From NCBI RefSeq assembly GCF_002113885.1, contig NW_018408136.1, positions 272,406-336,405 of the forward strand: DNA of 64,000 nucleotides, in the 5' to 3' direction. The notes below the pieces were generated by a model. It made no database searches. It had not been told where the DNA came from and saw only the letters and a program-made list of their open reading frames with translations. Every line of letters begins with the position of its first letter. Position 1 is the first letter of the stretch. Below, piece after piece: positions 36,951-51,700 of this stretch. The translations under genes and the position numbers were made by a program. The DNA comes from Mizuhopecten yessoensis (lineage: Eukaryota).

Positions 36951-38395
36951 GTATACATTAGACGAGCTGTTTGTGTGGTGTCGTCCCGCGTAGTATACAT
37001 TAGACGAGTTGTTTGTGTGGTGTCGTCCCGTGTAGTATACATTAGACGAGTTGTTTGTGTGGTGTCGTCCCGCGTAGTATACATTAGACGAGTTGTTTGT
37101 GTGGTGTCGTCCTGCGTAGTACATTAGACGAGTTGTTTGTGTGGTGTCGTCCCGCGTAGTACATTAGACGAGTTGTTTGTGTGGTGTCGTCCCGCGTAGT
37201 ACATTAGACGAGTTGTTTGTGTGGTGTCGTCCCGCGTAGTACATTAGACGAGTTGTTTGTGTGGTGTCGTCCCGCGTAGTACATTAGACGAGTTGTTTGT
37301 GTGGTGTCGTCCCGCGTAGTACATTAGACGAGTTGTTTGTGTGGTGTCGTCCCGCGTAGTACATTAGACGAGTTGTTTGTGTGGTGTCGTCCCGCGTAGT
37401 ACATTAGACGAGTTGTTTGTGTGGTGTCGTCCCGCGTAGTACATTAGACGAGTTGTTTGTGTGGTGTCGTCCCGCGTAGTACATTAGACGAGTTGTTTGT
37501 GTGGTGTCGTCCCGCGTAGTACATTAGACGAGTTGTTTGTGTGGTGTCGTCCCGCGTAGTACATTAGACGAGTTGTTTGTGTGGTGTCGTCCCGCGTAGT
37601 ACATTAGACGAGTTGTTTGTGTGGTGTCGTCCCGCGTAGTACATTAGACGAGTTGTTTGTGTGGTGTCGTCCCGCGTAGTACATTAGACGAGTTGTTTGT
37701 GTGGTGTCGTCCCGCGTAGTACATTAGACGAGTTGTTTGTGTGGTGTCGTCCCGCGTAGTACATTAGACGAGTTGTTTGTGTGGTGTCGTCCCGCGTAGT
37801 ACATTAGACGAGTTGTTTGTGTGGTGTCGTCCCGCGTAGTACATTAGACGAGTTGTTTGTGTGGTGTCGTCCCGCGTAGTACATTAGACGAGTTGTTTGT
37901 GTGGTGTCGTCCCGCGTAGTACATTAGACGAGTTGTTTGTGTGGTGTCGTCCCGCGTAGTACATTAGACGAGTTGTTTGTGTGGTGTCGTCCCGCGTAGT
38001 ACATTAGACGAGTTGTTTGTGTGGTGTCGTCCCGCGTAGTATACATTAGACGAGTTGTTTGTGTGGTGTCGTCCCGCGTAGTACATTAGACGAGTTGTTT
38101 GTGTGGTGTCGTCCCGCGTAGTATACATTAGACGAGTTGTTTGTGTGGTGTCGTCCCGCGTAGTATACATTAGACGAGTTGTTTGTGTGGTGTCGTCCCG
38201 CGTAGTACATTAGACGAGTTGTTTGTGTGGTGTCGTCCCGCGTAGTATACATTAGACGAGTTGTTTGTGTGGTGTCGTCCCGCGTAGTACATTAGACGAG
38301 TTGTTTGTGTGGTGTCGTCCCGCGTAGTATACATTAGACGAGTTGTTTGTGTGGTGTCGTCCCGCGTAGTATACATTAGACGAGTTGTTTGTGTG
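36951..38395. repeat. CpG-rich 40/42-bp minisatellite (ACATTAGACGAGTTGTTTGTGTGGTGTCGTCCCGCGTAGT[AT]), about 35 copies
   Basis: Direct repetition. Confidence 0.97.
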
Positions 38396-39105
38396 TATAC
38401 ACGTCATGGATAAAAACTCAAAGAACTGGAAGATAAGTGACCTACAGCTGGAGTAAGGTTACATAAACAATGAGGTTGAACGAATCATAATATCAGGTTA
38501 TGGACGACAATGCCCGCACCCAGACAGGAATCGTCACCTGTTATCTAAAATAACGAGGTCTGCAGCATCTCAAACGTGGCCTTGTCTAAAACACGGACAG
38601 ATCTGGTGTCTGTCATGTAAGATACAGGTTTAAACTCCACTGACTTTGTTTATGCTGTCTGTACACAATGCTATAGATTGTACATAAAACACGACATACA
38701 GTAAAGAAGACCCCCAATAGATATGGTATACAGACATGTAGAATACAACGGTAATTTGTAGTATACATGTGTGTTTCTTTCTCTTTTCAAATTAAATAAA
38801 CGTACTTATACATTTTGCAAATATGATATTTTGTCCCTAGACCATTTACAAAGGTCACAATTTGAACAACTTTTAAATCGAAAACCATGCAACATTGGAC
38901 AAGTGTAATTCAATATACCGTAATTATAGTTATATATACAATATTCTTCCAATTTGACATTTCAACGACCCTTATAATAAGTAAAAAAAATATATTATTG
39001 GACAATAATGCACGTGCGTGAATTTGTTATTTAATTTAATAATTACTTCATTTTCCAACAAAAAACCTACACGTGTGAATGCTTTTCTGTCAGCTGTAAC
39101 CGTTT

Positions 39106-40180
39106 GTAATGTAAACAGGTGAGCCGTGTGTGACTTGTCTTGGTTATGTAAACAGGTGAGCCGTGTGTGACTTGTCTTGGTAATGTAAACAGGTGAGCCG
39201 TGTGTGACTTGTCTTGGTAATGTAAACAGGTGAGCCGTGTGTGACTTGTCTTGGTAATGTAAACAGGTGAGCCGTGTGTGACTTGTCTTGGTAATGTAAA
39301 CAGGTGAGCCGTGTGTGACTTGTCTTGGTAATGTAAACAGGTGAGCCGTGTGTGACTTGTCTTGGTAATGTAAACAGGTGAGCCGTGTGTGACTTGTCTT
39401 GGTAATGTAAACAGGTGAGCCGTGTGTGACTTGTCTTGGTAATGTAAACAGGTGAGCCGTGTGTGACTTGTCTTGGTAATGTAAACAGGTGAGCCGTGTG
39501 TGACTTGTCTTGGTAATGTAAACAGGTGAGCCGTGTGTGACTTGTCTTGGTAATGTAAACAGGTGAGCCGTGTGTGACTTGTCTTGGTAATGTAAACAGG
39601 TGAGCCGTGTGTGACTTGTCTTGGTAATGTAAACAGGTGAGCCGTGTGTGACTTGTCTTGGTAATGTAAACAGGTGAGCCGTGTGTGACTTGTCTTGGTA
39701 ATGTAAACAGGTGAGCCGTGTGTGACTTGTCTTGGTAATGTAAACAGGTGAGCCGTGTGTGACTTGTCTTGGTAATGTAAACAGGTGAGCCGTGTGTGAC
39801 TTGTCTTGGTAATGTAGACAGGTGAGCCGTGCGTGACTTGTTTTGGTAATGTAGACAGGTGAGCCGTGCGTGACTTGTCTTGGTAATGTAAACAGGTGAG
39901 CCGTGTGTGACTCGTCTTGGTAATGTAAACAGGTGAGCCGTGTGTGACTTGGTTTTGTAATGTAAACAGGTGAGCCGTGTGTGACTTGTTTTGGTAATGA
40001 AGACAGGTGAGCCGTGAGTGACTTGTTTTGGTGATGTAGACAGGTGAGGCGTGTGTGACTTGGTTTTGTAATGTAAAAAACAGGTGAGCCGTGGGTGACT
40101 TGTCTTGGTAATGTAGACAGGTGAGCCGTGCGTGACTTGTCTTGTTAATGTAAACAGGTGGGCCAGCGTGACTTGTCTTG
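39106..40180. repeat. 37-bp minisatellite (TAATGTAAACAGGTGAGCCGTGTGTGACTTGTCTTGG), about 29 copies, diverging toward the 3' end
   Basis: Direct repetition; source of ORFs 39067..40314 and 39144..40211. Confidence 0.97.
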
Positions 40181-41189
40181 GACGAATCAGCATTGTCGAG
40201 TGAGGATACATGCGTGCATGTGCGTATGTATTTGCTACTTCTTATACTCATGTTATGCATACAAGACAGAAGACTGACGCATATAGAAATAATGAGATCA
40301 GCTCTGTGGGACAATGTGGTTACATGAAAAAGACATCACGTGATTTCCCTGCCCTCCCCCTTCCAGTTTATCACACACCACTATAAAGAAACGTACACAC
40401 CTACCGATTATCATTTTCAATATAAATGTATCATAAGTGTGTTTCATACAATACAAATAGACTGTAAGTAGTGTTTTATTTGATCTTTGATGTACCGACA
40501 ATGGCGTTTTATACAATAAACTCGGATAATCGGGTCTGTGAACATCATATGCCTTAGATGTGCCTTCAACTAGTTATAAAATAAACGTTCATAATTATAA
40601 TCGGGAAAAATTCAAGTCGATACCCATGCTTTTGTGTTAATGTTTATAAACCTAGGGTTATAGGAAAATAAAGTATGTCTAGCGGGGGTTGAAATACATG
40701 TTTAAGTGTGTTGAAAACATGTTTTCATATAAGAAACATACCTTTTGCGAGGAAATAAAGACCTAACTAAACAGTAATGCTAAATTTTCCTTATCCATTC
40801 CTACTAATTATGTACTACATGTAGTAGGAGTATGGGGTAACGGAGTAATACCTGTTAAATCAGAAATCCGAGTACAACAACCGTTTCAAATTTGCCGCTT
40901 CTAAACTTATGCTAGTTATGCTACGACGGCGTTTCTGAAGTCAAAGTGCCGTTATAAACACCAACAACGTGTAAACAGAATCGACTAGTTTGTGCATTAG
41001 CAAACTTCACTCATTAATTCTAGTTTAATTACTGTTATAATCTCGAATCAAGCAATACTCGGCTCGGACTAATTATCTTCGTTGTTTTGCGTATGATGCC
41101 TTTTCCGTGATGTCCTTGGAGATATCACCTTCGCCATCGGACGTTAGCCGTTGATTTAGGAGACTGGGATCGTGCCCCTTATGTTAATT

Positions 41190-41429
41190 GGCAGTGCGCG
41201 AGGGACGTCACAGATAACATCTCCCATTATCCGCAGGACTTCCCGCGACACATTCTTACGGCCTGATTCAGCCTCCTCCTGGTACACCGGGGCAGCGCGT
41301 GTGTCTGTGGTCTGTGCGTCATAAAAGGTATGGACACAATATTTATGTTTATACACAATACTTATGTGATACAATCTTGGACTGGAAAGGGATTGCAGCC
41401 TCAGGAGCCAGTGAAAACTCACTTACCAG
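41190..41429 (+). promoter_or_regulatory. Possible promoter and non-coding first exon of the SVEP1-like gene
   Basis: CpG-rich patch, GACGTCA (CRE-like) near 41204, CATAAAA at 41320, donor CAG|GTAATT at 41429/41430. The first coding exon is preceded by acceptors (45681, 45698), so an upstream exon is likely. Confidence 0.4.
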
Positions 41430-42074
41430 GTAATTTTCTATCAGTTAATGGCCGTTAAAGGGTGATAGGATTAGGTATTATAATAATGGCCATTGCAAAA
41501 TTCTTGTTAAAACGAAATTTATTTTTACAATGGAACATTTTGACATAAGAAAAAGTAGAACCAGATACATTGTTATTCAGATTTATATTGTAAGATAACA
41601 ATGTTATCATTTCTAACCGAAATGTCATGTTAAACTATGTAACTTTACCGTTACTTCCAATACACATTTATAACGCACTGATCCCACCTTCACAAACTAA
41701 ACAGTTCTGCTTTGGAAACGTTTTTAATTCTCAAAATCCGACCTAGGTTAGGTATCTAAGCAGACACGAGGCAAGATTCAAATTAGGACATGAATTAAGT
41801 GTTAACAGTTATGAGAAAGTGAAATACTTCCGTTTGGTGTTATCAAGAAATATTGAGACTTGACCTAATTTGCTCTACAACTAAATATTTGATATTTGAG
41901 AAGAACGAGAACATGACGAACTTACATGACATTATTTGTCCTGACTGAGTATTGATCTATGTAGACGTAACACTAAATCTGCCGGTTCAGTTTATATTAT
42001 TTCATTTTTCTCACATTTATCCTCTCCATTATTTACTTTCTTATTATTTATTCCAAAAGTTGAAGGGGATGGGA

Positions 42075-42505
42075 CCAGCTTATAGCCAAGGTCACACCAT
42101 CTTGTGGTCAAGATTACACTAACTTATTGTCAAGTTTACACCAGGAAAATGCAATGTCACATTAGTTTTTCGTCAAGGTCACAACTTCTTGTTATCAAGG
42201 TTACACCAGGTAAATGCAAAATGTCAAATGTCAAATGTCACCAACTTATTGTCAAGGTTAAATCAGACAAGAGCAAGTGCCAGACTAGCTTTAAGCCACA
42301 CTAACACCAGCTTATAGTTTGTAATCCACTATATTTATAGCCAATGCCATGGCAGTTTTAGACAAGGTCACACCAACTTTTAGCCAAGATAACACCATCT
42401 TATAGCTTGTAATTAGCTTTAGCCAAGGTCATAGCAGTTTATAGCTAAGATCATAAATACTTTTAACAAATGTCACACATGCGTATAGCTAAAGTCACAC
42501 CACCA
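42075..42505. repeat. Old degenerate short tandem repeat (CCAGCTTATAGCCAAGGTCACA-like)
   Basis: Recurring motif with many substitutions. Confidence 0.55.
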
Positions 42506-42604
42506 TAGGGTCAATATTGAATTCGGTTATATTCAAAGTCACATAAGGAGAGTTGTGTCACCCATCTACCAAAAAAAATCCTAAAATGTACAAAGGCATT
42601 ATTT

Positions 42605-45480
42605 ACTGACAGTCCTAAACTGTACAAAGGTAGAACTAACAGACAGTCCTAAACTGAACAAAGGTAGAACAAACAGACAGTCCTAAAATGTACGAAGGTA
42701 GAACTAACAGACAGTCCTAAACTGTACAACGGCAGAACTAACAGATAATCATAAACTGTATAACGGCAGAACTAACAGATAATCCTAAACTGTACAACGG
42801 CAGAACTAACAGACAGTCCTAAACTATACAAAGGAAGAAGTAACAGACACTCCTAAACTGTACAACGGCAGAACTAACAGACAATCCTAAACTGTACAAC
42901 GGCAGAACTAACAGACAATCCTAAACTATACAAAGGAAAAAGTAACAGACAATCCTAAACTGTACAACGGCAGAACTAACAGACAGTCCTAAACTATACG
43001 AAGGTAGAACTAACAGACAATCCTAAACTGTACAAAGGTAGAACTCACAGACAATCCTAAACTGTACAAAGGAAGAACAAACAGATATTCCTAAACTGTA
43101 CAAAGGAAGAACTAACAGACGATCCTAAACTGTACAAAGGTAGAACTAACAGAAAATCCTAAACTGTACAAAGGTAGAACTAACAGACAGTCCTAAACTG
43201 TACAACGGCAGAACTAACAGACAATCCTTAACTGTACAAGATAATCCTAAACTGTACAACGGCAGAACTAACAGACAATCCTTAACTGTACAAGATAATC
43301 CTAAACTGTACAACGGCAGAACTAACAGACAGGCCTAAACTATACGAAGGTAGAACTAACAGCCAATCCTAAACTGTACAAAGGTAGAACTAACAGAAAA
43401 TCCTAAACTGTACAAAGGTAGAACTAACAGAAAATCCTAAACTGTACAAAGGTAGAACTAACAGATAATCCTCAACTGTTCAAAGGTAGAACTAACAGAC
43501 AATCCTAAACTTTTATCAGGTAGAACTAACAGACAGTCCTAAACTGTACAACGGCAGAACTAACAGACAATCCTTAACTGTACAAGATAATCCTAAACTG
43601 TACAACGGCAGAACTAACAGACAATCCTTAACTGTACAAAGGTAGAACTAACAGACAATCCTAAACTGTACAAAGGTATAACTAACAGACAATCCTAAAC
43701 TGTTCAAAGGAAGAACTAACAGACAATCCTAAACTGTACAAAGGAAAAAGTAACAGACAATCCTAAACTGTACAACGGCAGAACTAACAGACAGGCCTAA
43801 ACTATACGAAGGTAGAACTAACAGCCAATCCTAAACTGTACAAAGGTAGAACTAACAGACAATCATAAACTGTACAAAGGAAGAACTAACAGACAGTCCT
43901 TAACTGTTCAAAGGAAGAACTAACAGACAATCCTAAACTGTTCAAAGGTAGAACTAACAGGCAGTCCTTAACTGTACAACGGCAGAACTAACAGACAATC
44001 CTTAACTGTACAAAGGTAGAACTAACAGACAATCATAAACTGTACAAAGGAAGAACTAACAGACAGTCCTTAACTGTTCAAAGGAAGAACTAACAGACAA
44101 TCCTAAACTGTTCAAAGGTAGAACTAACAGGCAGTCCTTAACTGTACAACGGCAGAACTAACAGACAATCCTTAACTGTACAAGATAATCCTAAACTGTA
44201 CAACGGCAGAACTAACAGACAATCCTTAACTGTACAAAGGTAGAACTAACAGACAATCATAAACTGTACAAAGGAAGAACTAACAGACAGTCCTAAACTG
44301 TACAAAGGTAGAACTAACAGACAATCCTAAACTGTTCAAAGGTAGAACTAACAGACAGTCCTTAACTGTACAACGGCAGAACTAACAGACAATCCTTAAC
44401 TGTACAAAGGTAGAACTAACAGACAATCATAAACTGTACAAAGGAAGAACTAACAGACAGTCCTTAACTGTTCAAAGGAAGAACTAACAGACAATCCTAA
44501 ACTGTACATAGGTAGAACTAACAGACAATCCTAAACTGTACAAAGGAAGAACTAACAGATATTCCTAAACTGTACAAAGGTTTAACTAACAGACAGTCAT
44601 AAACTGTACGAAGGTAGAACTATCAGACACTCTTAAACTGTACAAAGGTAGAACTAACAGACAATCCTAAACTGTTCAAAGGAAGAACTAACAGACAATC
44701 CTAAACTGTACAAAGGTAGAACTAACAGACAATCCTCAACTGTTCAAAGGTAGAACTAACAGACAGTCCTAAACTTTTATCAGGTAGAACTAACAGACAG
44801 TCCTAAACTGTACAAATGTAGAACAAACAGACAATCCTAAACCGTACAAACGTAGAACAAACAGACAATCCTAAACCGTACAAAAGTAGAACTAACAGAC
44901 AATCCTAAACTGTTACCAGGTAGAACTAACAGACAGTCCTAAACTGTACAAAGGTAGACCTAATAGACAGTCCTAAACTATACAAAGGCAGAACTAACAG
45001 ACAATCCTAAACTGTACAAAGGTAGAACTAACAGACAATCCTAAACTGTACAAAGGTAGAACTAACAGACAGTCCTCAACTGTTCAAAGGTAGAACTAAC
45101 AGACAGTCCTAAACTGTTATCAGGTAGAACTAACAGACAGTCCTAAACTGTACAAAGGTAGACCTAATAGACAGTCCTAAACTATACAAAGGCAGAACTA
45201 ACAGACAATCCTAAACTGTACAAAGGTAGAACTAACAGACAATCCTAAACTGTACAAATGTAGAACAAACAGACAGTCCTAAACTGTACAAAGGTAGAAC
45301 TAACAGACAATCCTAAACTGTACAAAGGTAGAACTAACAGACAATCCTAAACTTTACAAAGGCAGAACTAACAGACAGTCCTTAACTTTTTAAAGGTTGG
45401 ACTCATAGACAGTCCTAACCCTTTCAAAGATGGTCTATCAGACAGTCCTAATCCTGTACAAAGGTAAAACTGTACAAAGG
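42605..45480. repeat. 34-bp satellite (CCTAAACTGTACAAAGGTAGAACTAACAGACAAT), about 85 variant copies
   Basis: Direct repetition with variant blocks. Confidence 0.96.
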
Positions 45481-45727
45481 TCAGATTGGTTGTCCTTCAC
45501 TTAACAAAGGTAAGGGTTGTGGTGGCCAAAGTAGTACTTCAGTCATCTGAAGCCATTAGATACTGTCCTTGTTATATTAAATACATCACATGTTTGTAGA
45601 AATTGCTGTAGCACATAGGTCAACGACTAGGTTGGTTTGATTGGTCAGCCCTCACTGTTAATATAAATATTGTTGTTTCAGTCATCCACCTGTTTCAGTT
45701 TTGAATTGCTCTGCGGAAGTCCTGAAG

Positions 45728-48700
45728 ATGATTTTGAAAATATTTACCCTATTACTTCTTGTAACCAGTACACTATCCCATGTTCAATCAACTGACGATA
45801 GGTCAGACATTGTGGAAAGAGGTCATCAAGTTCTAGAGGAGTTTTATCATCGTTACTCTAATTATGAGGTAGATCTTGTATTTGTCTTGGACCGGTCAGC
45901 AAGCGTGATGACCGAGGGTTGGGGAGCTATGCTTGCCTTTGTCAGGTCAGTTCTCCAACATTTCACAGTGGACAATGATAATACCCGGGTTGCCATAGTA
46001 ACATACAGCACAGTACCAAGTGTGGACATAAATGACCTTGGTGAAACTTTGGAGGACAAGTGTTCGCTGATGAGGAGGATAAGACAGAAGTTGACGCGAC
46101 ATCAGCTGTCTGGCTTCACTGCAACACACGATGCCCTTGTGACAACTCGGAACATCCTATACTCATCTCGCCGGCGTGCCAAGAAGGCAGTGTTTGTGTT
46201 GACAGATGGGCGGTCCAATATCGGGCTACCCCCTGTCCGTGCATCTGTGGAGCTCCGGTCTCTTCAGTGGAATTCTACATGGAACGTCTCCGTTGGGGGT
46301 CCACAGCTAGAGATCTATGCCTTCGGGATTCAGAATGCTGTTTCCTCAGAGCTAGCTTCCATTGCCTCTCCCCTCCAAAATCATACTTACCATCTACCAA
46401 ACTTCAGAGCGTTTGAACAACTTGCCCGTTCTCTTCATCGAGGTAAATTAAAAAAGCCATCTTTTAATACAGGTGGTCTCTTAATACAGGTGGTCTATTA
46501 ATACAGGTTCAGTTCACAATATCTCTACAATGCAGAACATTATAAGTGGTCTCTTTACACAGGTGTTCAGTATAAGCAGGTGTAACTGTACTCACATTTT
46601 AAAGATAGACTAATTTCTACATCTAGATGACTTAAGTCACATTTGAACAGCTTTCTCTTTCTTTACACCTTAAGTAGACGCCTGTTTAATTTATTGTTAT
46701 TAGTAGTAAATAATTGTTCATGGCATGTATATTAGACAGTGTGTACCTCAAAATACTCTCAGGTGACTATCAGAATTGAACATAATACATGTGTTATAAA
46801 TATTTTTAAAAAGATTGATAATATATTGTGAAAGTTGAAAATTAATCCATGATCTATAGAAAGTAGTTATTAGTTCAGGCATGAATTACTGTATATTATA
46901 TTTTGTTTCCTGTCAGACCAACAGATTGAGAACTGGCATCTCCTGTCTGATCGATCATTGTGTCACATGGGCTGTTCTGAGCATGCTCACTGTGCCTGCG
47001 GAACGAGGTCAGGTGACTACCATTGTGTCTGTAAAGCGGGTTACCATGGTAATGGTCTTAAATGTGAGGGTAAGCGCAACTTAATATCAATAATCATAAC
47101 CTCTGAATTAGACAACTGACTTAGTTATCTAATAAATCAGATGTCCTTTAAGATTTCTAAGTACATTGTACAGTGACGCTGGTAATGGCAGGAAGGGATA
47201 TTGTATGCCCAACGTAGTACATACACACAAGATCATTCTTGCAGTCATGGACATCAGCCATTTTTCTACAGTTACTCTGCTTAGAAAGATTGCATACTAA
47301 ACTAGAACTCTTCATTCAATATTAATATTTGCCTTTAATTGGACACCATAAACTCTATCATTGTTTTGTATAACTATAAGGTAAAAACCATGACCTGCCT
47401 TCATTTTCAGCCTGTTCTATTGGCTTCTACAAACAGGGACTTATTCCTGGCAGGTGCCACCCGTGTCCAGCCCATTCTGAGACCAGGTCCCTAGGGGCCT
47501 ATTCCCTCCAGCAGTGTCTATGCAAATCTCCATACTACCGAGAGGATCAAGGGATGCCTTGTCAGTGTAAGTAATAACCCGCAAATTTTCTCTCATATTT
47601 CATTATAATATCAAAATGTACTTTTATACAAACACATATCCACTTAATTTACTAGATAAAGTCTATTTAAGTTAATGTTTTTGTCATCTGTCTTATATTT
47701 TCATTGACATTTAATCAGTACAACAATGTGAGGAGTTACCCAGCATTCCCCACGGTAGGAAGTTCCAAGTTCAAGGCCGTGTACATGATGAGCGACCAGA
47801 CAGTGGTGTTTCATGTGACAACCTCCCTGACAACTCATGTCACTACCAGTGTAGCCATGGCTACAGACTGACGGGCCACCCAGGTCTTATCTGCCTTCCA
47901 AATGGAACATGGCAGGGTCAGGTCCCTAGTTGTCAAGGTAACCACAATTTGACCAAGTCTTTGAATAATGCTATTTGATATAAAGGTAGAGTATGCTATG
48001 ATTTCAGATTATCTGCTAAAAGTTGATTGTGTGTAGGTTTTACTTTGTTGTGTTTTTGCAGTCAAAACCCTCTTGTCTGTATTTCAGTGATAGACTGTCA
48101 AAGCTTGGATTTTCACCAACAGGAAGTGACACATGGCGTGACAACCTACACCAATAACAGTACCATATATGGCTCCACTCTGGCTGTAACATGTGATCGA
48201 GGCTGGCGAGCGTTTGGGGACACACTGAGGACTTGTAACCATCATGGAACTTGGTCTGGTACAAGGACTTGGTGTGTAGGTAAGCCACTATTCTTCAAAC
48301 CAGTGTAACCCCTAACCCACAGATCATAACAGTCCCAGTATAACCCCTAACCCAGAGATCATAACAGTCCCAGTGTAAACCTCTAACACAGAGATCATAA
48401 CAGTCCCAGTGTAAACCTCTAACACAGAGATCATAACAGTCCCAGTGTAAACCTCTAACCCAGATATCATAACAGTCCCAGTGTAAACCTCTAATTCACA
48501 GATCAGAACAGTCCCATCCCCAGTGTAACCGCTAACCGAGAGATCAGAACAGTGCCATCCCCAGTGTAACCCATAACCCAGAGATCAGAACAGTCCCATC
48601 CCCAGTGTAAACCCTAACTTAGAGATCAGAACAATGCCATCCCCAGTGTAACCCCCTAACCCAGAGATCAGAACAGTCCCCACGTAACCCCTTACCCCAG

Positions 48701-51700
48701 AGATCATAACAGTCCCCGTGTAACTCCTAACCCAGAGATCATAACAGTCCCAGTGTAAACCTCTAATTCACAGATCAGAACAGTCCCATCCCCAGTGTAA
48801 CCGCTAACCGAGAGATCAGAACAGTGCCATCCCTAGTGTAAACCATAACCCAGAGTTCACAACAGTCCCATCCCCAGTGTAACCCCTAACCGAGAGATCA
48901 GAACAGTGCCATCCCCAGTGTAACCCCTAACCCAGAGATCAGAATAGTGACATCCCAAGTGTAAACCATAACCCAGAGATCAGAAAAGTCCCATCCCCAT
49001 TGGAACCCCTAACCCAGAGATCAGAAAAGTCCCATCCCCAGTGTAACCCCCTAACCCAGAGATCAGAACCATCCCCAGTGTAACCCCTAACCCAGAGATC
49101 AGAACAGTCCCATCCCCCGTGTAACTCCTGACCCAGAGATCAGAACAGTCCCATCCCCAGTGTAAACCCTAACCCAGAGATCAGAATAGTGACATCCCAA
49201 GTGTAAACCCTAACCCAGAGATCAGAAAAGTCCCATCCCCAGTGTAACCCCCTAACCCAGAGATCAGAACCATCCCCAGTGTAACCCCCTAACCCAGAGA
49301 TCAGAACAGTCCCCGCGTAACCCCTTACCCCAGAGATCAAAACAGTCCCCGTGTAACTCCTAACCCAGAGATCATAACAGTCCCAGTGCAAACCTCTAAC
49401 CCAGAGATCAGAACAGTCCCATCCCCGGTATAACCCCTAACCCAGAGATCAGAACAGTCCCATCACCATTGCAACCCCTAATCCAGAGATCAGAACAGTC
49501 CCGTCCCCAGTGTAACCCCTAACCCAGAGATCAGAAAAGTCCCATCCCCAGTGTAACCCCTAACCCAGAAATCAGAACAGTCCAATCCCCAGTGTAACCC
49601 CTAACCCAGAGATCAGAACAATGCCCAGTGTAACCACTAACCCAGAGATCAGAACAGTCCCATCCCCAGTATAACCCCTAACCCAGAGATCAGAACAGTC
49701 CCATCACCATTGCAACCCCTAATCCAGAGATCAGAACAGTCCCGTCCCCAGTGTAACCCCTAACCCAGAGATCAGAACAGTGCCATCCCCAGTGTAACCC
49801 CTAACCAAGAGATCATAACAGTCCCCAGTGTAACCCATAACCCAGAGATCAGAACAGTCCCATCCCCAGTATAACCCCTAACCCAGAGATCAGAACAGTC
49901 CCATTCCCAGTGTTACCCCTACCCCAGAGATCAGAACAGTGCCATCCCCAGTTTAACCCCCTAACCAAGAGATCAGAATAGTGCCATCCCAAGTGTTACC
50001 CCTAACCCAGAGATCAGAACAGTGCCATCCCCAGTTTAACCCCCTAACCAAGAGATCAAAATAGTGCCATCCCAAGTGTTACCCCTAACCCAGAGATCAG
50101 AACAGAACCATCTCCAGTGTAACCCCTAACCCAGAGATAAGAACAGAACCATCCCCAGTGTAACCCCTAACCCAGAGATCAGAAAAGTCCCATCCACATT
50201 GTAACCCCTAACCCAGAGATCAGAAAAGTCCCATCCACATTGTAACCCCTAACCCAGAGATCAGAAAAGTCCCATCCACATTGTAACCCCTAACCCAGAG
50301 ATCAGAAAAGTCCCATCCCCATTGTAACCCCTAACCCAGAGATCAGAACAGTCCAATCCCCAGAGATCATAACAGTCCCAGTGTAAACCTCTAACCCAGA
50401 GATCAGAACAGTCCCATACCCAGTGTAACCCCTAACCCAGAGATCAGAAAAGTCCCATCCACATTGTAACCCCTAACCCAGAGATCAGAAAAGTCCCATC
50501 CCCATTGTAACCCCTAACCCAGAGATCAGAAAAGTCCCATCCACATTGTAACCCCTAACCCAGAGATCAGAAAAGTCCCATCCACATTGTAACCCCTAAC
50601 CCAGAGATCAGAAAAGTCCCATCCACATTGTAACCCCTAACCCAGAGATCAGAAAAGTCCCATCCACATTGTAACCCCTAACCCAGAGATCAGAAAAGTC
50701 CCATCCACATTGTAACCCCTAACCCAGAGATCAGAAAAGTCCCATCCCCAGTGTAACCCCTAACCCAGAGATCAGAACAGTGCCATCTCATTCCATTTCT
50801 GTGTAACCCCTAACCCAGAGATCAGAACAGTCCAATCCCCAGTGTAACCCCTAACCCAGAGATCAGAACAGTCCCATTCCCAGTGTTACCCCTAACCCAG
50901 AGATCAGAACAGTGCCATCCCCAGTTTAACCCCCTAACCAAGAGATCAGAATAGTGCCATCCCAAGTGTTACCCCTAACCCAGAGATCAGAACAGGCCCA
51001 TCGCCAGTGTAACCCCTAACCCAGAGATAAGAACAGACCCATCCCCAGTGTAAACCCTGACCTAGAGATCAGAATAGGGCCATCCCAAGTGTAAATCATA
51101 AACCAGAGAATAGAACAGTCCCATCACCAGTGTAAACCCTAACCCGGAGATCAGAACAGTCCCCTGCCCATTGTAACCCCTAAACAGTCCCATCCTCAGT
51201 GTAACCCCTAGCCCAGAGATCAGAACAGTGCCGTCCCCAGTTTAACCCCCTAACCAAGAGATCATAACAGTCCAATCCCCAGTGTTACCCCTAACCCAGA
51301 GAATAGAACAGTCCCATCACCAGTGTAAACCCTAACCTCAAGATAAGAAAAGTGCCATCCCAAGTGTGAACCATAACCCAGAGATAAGAACAGATCCATC
51401 CCAAGTGTAACCCCTAACCCGGAGATCAGAACAGTCCCCACGCCACCCATTACCCCAGAGATCATAACAGTCCAATCCCCAGTGTAACCCCAAACCAAGA
51501 GATCACAACAGTCCCCAGTGTAACCCCTAGCCCAGAGATCAGAACAGAACCATTGTAACCCCCTAACCCAGCGATCAGAACAGAACCATCACCAGTGTAA
51601 CCCCTAACCAAGAGATCAGAACAGTCCCCTGCCCATTGTAACCCCTAAGCCTAACCCAGAGATCAGAAAAGTCCCATCCCCATTCCAACCCCTAACGCAG

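Noticed and set aside
36951-40180. CRISPR-like appearance of 37-42-bp repeats
   Set aside because: Units are head-to-tail with no unique spacers, there are no cas genes, and the context is eukaryotic.
39067-40314. 415-aa and 355-aa ORFs
   Set aside because: Product of a 37-bp repeat read in shifting frames.
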